From an uncultured Dehalococcoidia bacterium (GTDB taxonomy: Bacteria; Chloroflexota; Dehalococcoidia; Lucifugimonadales; UBA3495): a stretch of DNA of 13,843 nt. The translations under genes and the position numbers were made by a program. The stretch lies in contig CATMOE010000077.1 in the NCBI GenBank assembly GCA_950072105.1, positions 1 to 13,843 on the forward strand, given 5' to 3'. Under the pieces are notes generated by a model. It had not been told where the DNA came from. It saw only the letters and a list, made by a program, of their open reading frames with translations, and searched no databases. Each line of letters begins with the position of its first letter. Position 1 is the first letter of the stretch. Positions 8,586 to 13,843 of the stretch are shown here, one piece after another.

Positions 8586-9794
8586 ATGCCGGACAAACCC
8601 AATCTGGTCTTCATTTTCAGCGACCAACAGCGGTTCGACACATTGCGGTGTTACGGCAACGAATGGATCCAGACTCCGAACCTTAACGCACTAGCTTCCC
8701 AGAGCTTTGTCTTCCGCAACGCTTACGTAACCCAGCCGGTGTGCACCCCCGCTCGGGCCTCAATCATGACCGGCCTCTACCCGCATGCCGCCGGCCCCGT
8801 GATAAATAGGGTGATCCTACCCCCCGGCACCCGTACCATCGCTGAGATGGTTTCGGCGGAATATCTGTGCGGCTACTTCGGTAAGTGGCACTTGGGCGAC
8901 GATGTGATAGCCCAGCATGGGTTTGACGCCTGGGTGAGCACGGAAGACGGGCATCGGGCGGAATATACCAAAAGAGAATACCGTTACCGTTTTAGCGACT
9001 ACCACAACCATTTAATAGCCAACGGCTTCAAGCCAGGGGCCGATATCCAAGGAGAGAGGCTCTTTGGGGGAGACCGGGGGGCCGGTGCCCAGATCTTCAC
9101 GGCCAACCAGCGATCTACATTACCAGAGGAATTTCAGATGGCGTCGTTCCTGGGAGACCGAGCAGCCGGATTTATCGAAGAAAACAAAGATCGACCCTTC
9201 GTCCTCTATGTCAGCACCTTCGAGCCTCACTCACCTTACACTGGGCCTCTTCAAGACATGTACGATCCCAGCCAGTTACCGGTAGGCCCGGCGTTTCTAA
9301 AGAGACCGGACGGAGCGTCGCTGCTGAACCGAGCAAGGGCGGACTTCTACCTGCAATACTTGTCTGGCAGTGGGGACCAGCACGATGACTTCTATATGAG
9401 GGAGTACGCCGCGACTGGTGAGGACGTGTCTACCGAAGAGGGGTGGAGGCGGCTGCGCGCCCATTACTTCGCCAACATAACCCTGGTGGATAGAATGGCT
9501 GGGAGAATTACCGGCGCGCTGGAACAGGCCGGCATCGCCGACAACACAGTGGTTGTATTTACCAGCGAGCACGGAGACCTGGTGGGGACCCACGGCATGC
9601 TGGAGATGCGGACCTTCTACGATCACGCTTCGAAGGTTCCCATGCTCATGCGCATGCCGTGGATGGCAAGCGAGGGACGCAGGGTCGGGGGAAACTTCAG
9701 CCAGATCGACCTCGTTCCCACCCTGCTGGAACTGCTGGGCGAGCCGGTCCCTAACGGTCTCCACGGCGTCAGCCGGGCCGGCGTGCTCAGGGGC
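8586..9794 (+). CDS. Cys-type (formylglycine-dependent) sulfatase, lacking its own C-terminus and stop codon; runs in frame into dnaK
   Basis: [21 protein letters not shown], signature [11 protein letters not shown] (CxPxR at 8742-8756), GKWHLG, EPHSPY, FTSEHGD, KVPMLMR and [21 protein letters not shown] at 8571-8577 precedes ATG 8586. Confidence 0.9.
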
Positions 9795-10589
9795 GACGTG
9801 AAGGACGTGCTGCTGCTCGACGTCACGCCGCTCACGCTCGGCATCGAGACGCTCGGCGGTGTCACCACAAGGATGATCGAGCGCAACACGACCATCCCGA
9901 CCCGGCGCTCGGAGGTATTCAGCACAGCCAGCGACAACCAGCCGGCGGTCGAGGTCCACGTGATGCAGGGCGAGCGCGAGTTCGCGCGCGACAACATCAC
10001 GCTCGGGCGCTTCTTCCTCGAGGGCATCCCACCCGCACCACGCGGCATGCCGAAGGTCGAGGTCACCTTCGACATCGACGCCAACGGAATCGTGAACGTG
10101 GCCGCCAAGGACATGGGCACCGGCAAGGAGCAGCAGATCCGCATCGAGTCGCAGACTTCATTGTCCGAGGATGACATCCAGAAGAAGATCTCCGAGGCGG
10201 AGCAGTTCGCCGAGGAGGACAGCCGCAGGAAGGGCAAGGTGGAACTGCGCAACCAGGCTGACAGCATCATCTACCAGACCCGACGCACGCTCAAGGAGGC
10301 CGAGGACAAGATCGACGAGAGCGATGTCGAACCGATCGAGGCGAAGCTGGTCGAACTCGAGGAACTGATCGCCAAAGACGGGGAGCCGTTGGATATCGAT
10401 GACATCGACGAGGCGGCCATCCAGGCGAAGGTGAAGGAACTCGAGGAGTCGATGCACGCCATCTCAGCCAAGCTCTACGAGGCTGCCGCCGCCAACATGG
10501 AACAGGAACAGGCGGAACAGCAGGCAGAGGAGGACACCGACGGCGATGTCGTCGAAGCCGACTTCGAGGTCCTCGACGACGAGGCCTGA
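9777..10589 (+). CDS. dnaK: DnaK/Hsp70 C-terminal half (interdomain linker, substrate-binding domain, lid, acidic tail); ATPase domain absent
   Basis: [84 protein letters not shown] and the tail DVVEADFEV. Stop TGA 10587-10589. Confidence 0.95.
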   Translation, partial: AGVLRGDVKDVLLLDVTPLTLGIETLGGVTTRMIERNTTIPTRRSEVFSTASDNQPAVEVHVMQGEREFARDNITLGRFFLEGIPPAPRGMPKVEVTFDIDANGIVNVAAKDMGTGKEQQIRIESQTSLSEDDIQKKISEAEQFAEEDSRRKGKVELRNQADSIIYQTRRTLKEAEDKIDESDVEPIEAKLVELEELIAKDGEPLDIDDIDEAAIQAKVKELEESMHAISAKLYEAAAANMEQEQAEQQAEEDTDGDVVEADFEVLDDEA

Positions 10590-10598
10590 TCAACCTGC

Positions 10599-12104
10599 TC
10601 ACTGTTCTGTGAGCAGGTGTGTGAGTGTTCTCACATGCACACCGGTCGCCCCGTGTGCGACCATGTCATTGGTCGAGGTTCCCCAGGCGGTTCCTGCGAT
10701 GTCCAGGTGCGCCCACGGATACTGCTGCGCATCATCACCCTCGCCCCTCTCAGGAACGAACTGCTTGAGGAAGGCGGCGGCTGAGTTGGCACCGCCATAA
10801 CGGTCACCCAGGTTCTTCACGTCGGCGATCTTCGAATCCTTCACCTGCTTCTCGAACGCCGGCAGCAGCGGCATCGGCCACGCGAGTTCGTCGACCGATT
10901 CGGCCGCCTTGCGCAGCCGCTCGCGCAGGGCATCGTCGTTGGACCACAGTCCGGTCGCCTCGTGACCGAGTGCGACCACGCACGCACCGGTCAAGGTGGC
11001 GAGGTCGATGATGAACTCGGGGTCGAACTCGCCCGCCTTCCACAGTCCGTCGGCGAGCACCAATCTCCCTTCGGCGTCGGTGTTCAGCACCTCGACCGTC
11101 TTGCCGGAGTAGGTGTTGATGACGTCCCCGGGACGGTAGGCGGTGGAACTCAGGCTGTTCTCCGCCATGCAGGATATGCCGATGACCGGTTGCTGGTGTC
11201 CGATCCCGTGCAGCGCTTCCATCAAGCCGAACACAGTCGCCGAGCCGTGCATGTCGAACTTCATCTCGTCCATCCCTCCGCTCGGCTTGATCGAGATGCC
11301 GCCGGTGTCGAATGTGATTCCCTTGCCGACGATCATCGGGCAGGGGCCGTCGCGGGCGTCGGGGTTGAGCTCGAAGATGACCATGCAGGGCTTGTGCTCG
11401 CTGCCCTTGCCGACGTTGACCAGGCCATCCATGCCCAGTTTCTTCAGTTCCGCCCACTCGATCACGGTGAGTTTCACGTTGTCCTTCCCCTTCGCCCACG
11501 CACGCGCACGCTTGGCGTATTCCATCGGGTAGAGCACATTCGCTGGCTCGTTGCCGAGGTCGCGAGCTCGGTGAACCCCGACAGCGATGGCGCCCGCCCG
11601 AGCGCAGCCGTCGTGCAGGGCACGCAGGTAGCGGTCGGAGGCCTGGAAGGTGACGGAGTACGGTGAATCGTCGTCATCGTCGCCGTCATCCTTCTGCTGG
11701 TACTTGTCGAACTTGTAGTCGCGCAGCATCATCCCCTCGGCGAATGCGATCATCTGCCCTGGACGCCAGCCGGTGGTGAAGCGCACGGTCAGCGACTTGC
11801 CGTGCTGCTTTGAGAGTGATGCGAGCAGTTTCGCGCCGGCGTCGCGGGCGTCCTTCTCCGCCAGGTTCTCGGGCAGTCCCATGCCGGCCAAGACGACCTT
11901 CTGGCCGCTGTTCCACAGGGTCAGTGACTTGCCCGACTTGCCGTCGAAGTCGTCGCTCACCACCGCTTCACGGACCTGCGCGGATGTGCTGCGGCCGAGC
12001 CCCGAGGTCGCCTTGTTGGGTGCCTTGGCCACCTCCTCGAACAGGGGCAGTATGAGTGTCTGTGCGCTTTCTCCGATTCCTTCTACATTCCATTCCATGG
12101 GCAT
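10599..12104 (-). CDS. pepA: Leucyl aminopeptidase, peptidase family M17
   Basis: ARDLGNEPAN, VGKGITFDTGG, MKFDMHGSA, NTDAEGRLVLAD, DLATLTGA and WAHLDIAG; 501 aa. Confidence 0.95.
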   Translation of the reverse strand: MPMEWNVEGIGESAQTLILPLFEEVAKAPNKATSGLGRSTSAQVREAVVSDDFDGKSGKSLTLWNSGQKVVLAGMGLPENLAEKDARDAGAKLLASLSKQHGKSLTVRFTTGWRPGQMIAFAEGMMLRDYKFDKYQQKDDGDDDDDSPYSVTFQASDRYLRALHDGCARAGAIAVGVHRARDLGNEPANVLYPMEYAKRARAWAKGKDNVKLTVIEWAELKKLGMDGLVNVGKGSEHKPCMVIFELNPDARDGPCPMIVGKGITFDTGGISIKPSGGMDEMKFDMHGSATVFGLMEALHGIGHQQPVIGISCMAENSLSSTAYRPGDVINTYSGKTVEVLNTDAEGRLVLADGLWKAGEFDPEFIIDLATLTGACVVALGHEATGLWSNDDALRERLRKAAESVDELAWPMPLLPAFEKQVKDSKIADVKNLGDRYGGANSAAAFLKQFVPERGEGDDAQQYPWAHLDIAGTAWGTSTNDMVAHGATGVHVRTLTHLLTEQ

Positions 12105-12129
12105 CTACACGCGCGGAAGCAAGCGACAC

Positions 12130-12137
12130 TATTCAAA
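12130..12137 (-). promoter_or_regulatory. Possible archaeal TATA-like box for pepA (leaderless transcript)
   Basis: Minus-strand TTTGAATA ends 25 nt upstream of the ATG at 12104; no SD in between. Confidence 0.35.
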
Positions 12138-12180
12138 GGGAGTGGGGTGAAAAACACACCTGAAAAGTGGTTTTTTGGCG

Positions 12181-13548
12181 TCAGTTTCTCTCTTTCTCAG
12201 CCGAAAGAGGTGCGTTTCGGCGTGATTTGGAATAAATTGCCCCCACAATCATACAGACGATGCTCAGCGCCGCAGAGGGATATGGCAGCCATCCTTCCTC
12301 CTGCTCTTCGACCACCTCTACGAACTGCGCATCGATCGGTTCGTGCACCCATTGCGCGGAGTCGATCACCCGCTTCATGTAGTGCAGCGCGAAGGTGCCG
12401 CCCGGTTGCAGCGAGAGGTTGCGCGCATCGAGTGTGACATGCGTCTCGTTGCTGGCGTTGACGCTGAAGTTCTCCGACTGCCAGAGCACCTCCATCGAGT
12501 CCTCGAAGACGTACTGGATGCTGGCGTTCTCCGTCGTCGCATGCCCGTTGTTCACCGCGTGCAGCACCACCTCCTTCCCGGGTGTCACCTCCATCTGGGT
12601 GACGTTGAGGCGAGCGCGCCAGTACCAGATGTTCGAGATCAGGTAGCGCATCACCTCGAGTTCCACCGACAGGCGGTCGGAGAGCGATTGCACCGTTCCG
12701 AGCAGGGTCTGCTCATCGTCCGTCTCGAAGGTGAAGGTGGGGTAGCTCATCACGCCGTAGCCGTAGTCGCGGCTGGTGCCGTGCGTGGGGTAGATGCCGG
12801 CGTTGGCGTTGCGCACCGGGAGGTCGGCGTCGATGGTCTCGTGTATGGTGTCACGGATGTGCTCGAACAGTTCCCAGTCTGGGGGCATCTCACCTGTGAA
12901 TCCCCACGGGTAGGCGAGGATCCAGGTGCCGGTGTGCATGGTGACGTAAAGGTCCGCATCGGTGACCCATTGCGCCATGTAGTCGGCATTGTTGCGCGTC
13001 TCGGGTTCGCTGAACGGCCCGTCTCCGCTCGCCGTCTCCTCGGTCGTCCAGTGGTGGTCGTAGTTGCGGTTGAGGTCGACCTGGTTCATGTTCCAGCGAC
13101 TGTCGGCGTCGTTGCCATCCGCATTGAGCAGAATCATGACATGGAGTTCTGTGTTCTGCAGCACTTCGATGGCCTCCGCATCACCATCGATCCAACCCTC
13201 GATGTAGAACTCCGCTGTCAGGAAGGCGAGCTCTGTGCCCAGGTGCTCGTTGCCGTGGTGACCTCCATCGATGTACACCTTCTCCTTAGGAGAGCCATCG
13301 GGCTTGGTGTCGTTTGCCCAGTTGCTGATCTGCACAACCCACTGCTGCCTTCCATGGACGGTGGTTCCTGCTGTGGTCAAGAGCACGATCTCCGGATAGT
13401 CACCAGCCCATGACTGCACGTCATTGGTCAGGGTGAGATAGGAGTGGTACCAGTGCTCCTGGATGATGTCAGGTTGCTGGGCTGCTACCGGCGCTCCCAA
13501 TCCCGAAAGCACGAGCACCGCAACCAGAATACCGGCCCTCACGCGCAT
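12181..13548 (-). CDS. Secreted, C-terminally membrane-anchored zinc carboxypeptidase, family M14
   Basis: Signal peptide MRVRAGILVAVLVLSGLGAPVAA|QQ. Zn motif GGHHGNE (HxxE), SRWN...DLNRNY, TMHTG, YPWG and YPTHGTSRDY...TFE. C-terminal hydrophobic helix followed by SKSRR. ATG 13548 preferred; GTG 13554 possible. Confidence 0.88.
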   Translation of the reverse strand: MRVRAGILVAVLVLSGLGAPVAAQQPDIIQEHWYHSYLTLTNDVQSWAGDYPEIVLLTTAGTTVHGRQQWVVQISNWANDTKPDGSPKEKVYIDGGHHGNEHLGTELAFLTAEFYIEGWIDGDAEAIEVLQNTELHVMILLNADGNDADSRWNMNQVDLNRNYDHHWTTEETASGDGPFSEPETRNNADYMAQWVTDADLYVTMHTGTWILAYPWGFTGEMPPDWELFEHIRDTIHETIDADLPVRNANAGIYPTHGTSRDYGYGVMSYPTFTFETDDEQTLLGTVQSLSDRLSVELEVMRYLISNIWYWRARLNVTQMEVTPGKEVVLHAVNNGHATTENASIQYVFEDSMEVLWQSENFSVNASNETHVTLDARNLSLQPGGTFALHYMKRVIDSAQWVHEPIDAQFVEVVEEQEEGWLPYPSAALSIVCMIVGAIYSKSRRNAPLSAEKERN

Positions 13549-13549
13549 G

Positions 13550-13568
13550 GACACCGCTCTGCGGTGTC
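13550..13568. repeat. Perfect 8-bp inverted repeat GACACCGC-TCT-GCGGTGTC directly upstream of the M14 start
   Basis: Read directly: arms 13550-13557 and 13561-13568, 3-nt spacer. Function unknown. Confidence 0.7.
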
Positions 13569-13591
13569 AGTTCGATTAGTTTAGAGTTGAC

Positions 13592-13843
13592 TCAGACATC
13601 CATCAGATATCCGAGTATCAGCGGGAGAACGATGGTGGCGTCGGACTCGATGACGAAGCGTGGCGTTTCGACACCGAGTTTCTCCCAGGTGATCTTCTCG
13701 TTGGGCGGCGCGCCGGAATAGCCGCCGTAGGATGGTCGTGACTCGGAGATCTGGGCGAACCATGACCAGAGCGGAACATCCTCTCCGAGATCCTTTCGCA
13801 GCATCGGCACGACGCAGATGGGGAAGTCACCGGCGATGCCTCC
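13592..13843 (-). CDS. Deoxyhypusine synthase family protein, 3' end only (runs off the window)
   Basis: Open frame from the window end: GGIAGDFPICVVPMLRKDLGEDVPLWSWFAQISESRPSYGGYSGAPPNEKITWEKLG...IESDATIVLPLI*. SGA..E..W.K and DATI.LP are DHS C-terminal motifs. Confidence 0.85.
   Translation of the reverse strand, partial: GGIAGDFPICVVPMLRKDLGEDVPLWSWFAQISESRPSYGGYSGAPPNEKITWEKLGVETPRFVIESDATIVLPLILGYLMDV

Noticed and set aside
9297..11666. Several 200+ aa alternative-frame or antisense ORFs over the sulfatase, dnaK and pepA
   Set aside because: No recognisable motifs. Long antisense ORFs are a known by-product of codon bias in dnaK and other GC-rich genes.
12343..13413. 356-aa plus-strand ORF antisense to the M14 peptidase
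   Set aside because: Shadow ORF expected from strong G/C third-position bias; His/Val/Arg-rich with no motifs, while the minus strand has clear M14 motifs.
1..13843. CRISPR arrays, tRNA/rRNA, IS/integrase or defence-system genes
   Set aside because: No spaced direct repeats, cloverleaf-like sequences or transposase/recombinase motifs seen by eye. The STAND ATPase lacks a recognisable nuclease, TIR or SIR2 effector, so no antiphage role is claimed.

Overview
The window looks like two unrelated prokaryotic segments joined in frame at about 9776-9797. The left part (1-~9795) is all plus-strand and bacterial in style, with Shine-Dalgarno sites, mixed codon usage and frequent CTAG. It encodes a 5'-truncated Ser/Thr kinase-STAND ATPase-TPR protein, an SGNH hydrolase, a GlmS-like SIS sugar-phosphate isomerase/deaminase, a cyclase-family hydrolase, a D-2-hydroxyacid dehydrogenase, a formylglycine-generating enzyme and a Cys-type sulfatase. 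The right part (~9777-13843) has strongly G/C-ending codons, no CTAG seen, no SD sites and TATA-like boxes about 25 nt before the starts. It encodes the C-terminal half of DnaK, an M17 leucyl aminopeptidase, a secreted membrane-anchored M14 carboxypeptidase and the 3' end of a deoxyhypusine synthase-family gene. The most striking item is the 679-aa sulfatase::DnaK fusion ORF, joined exactly at a peptide (AGVLRG) that fits both parents. I judge it more likely a chimeric assembly than a new system, but this is testable. The taxonomic guesses (SAR202/Chloroflexota-like left, Marine Group II archaeon-like right) are inference from gene style, not search results. No RNA genes, CRISPR arrays or mobile elements were recognised.
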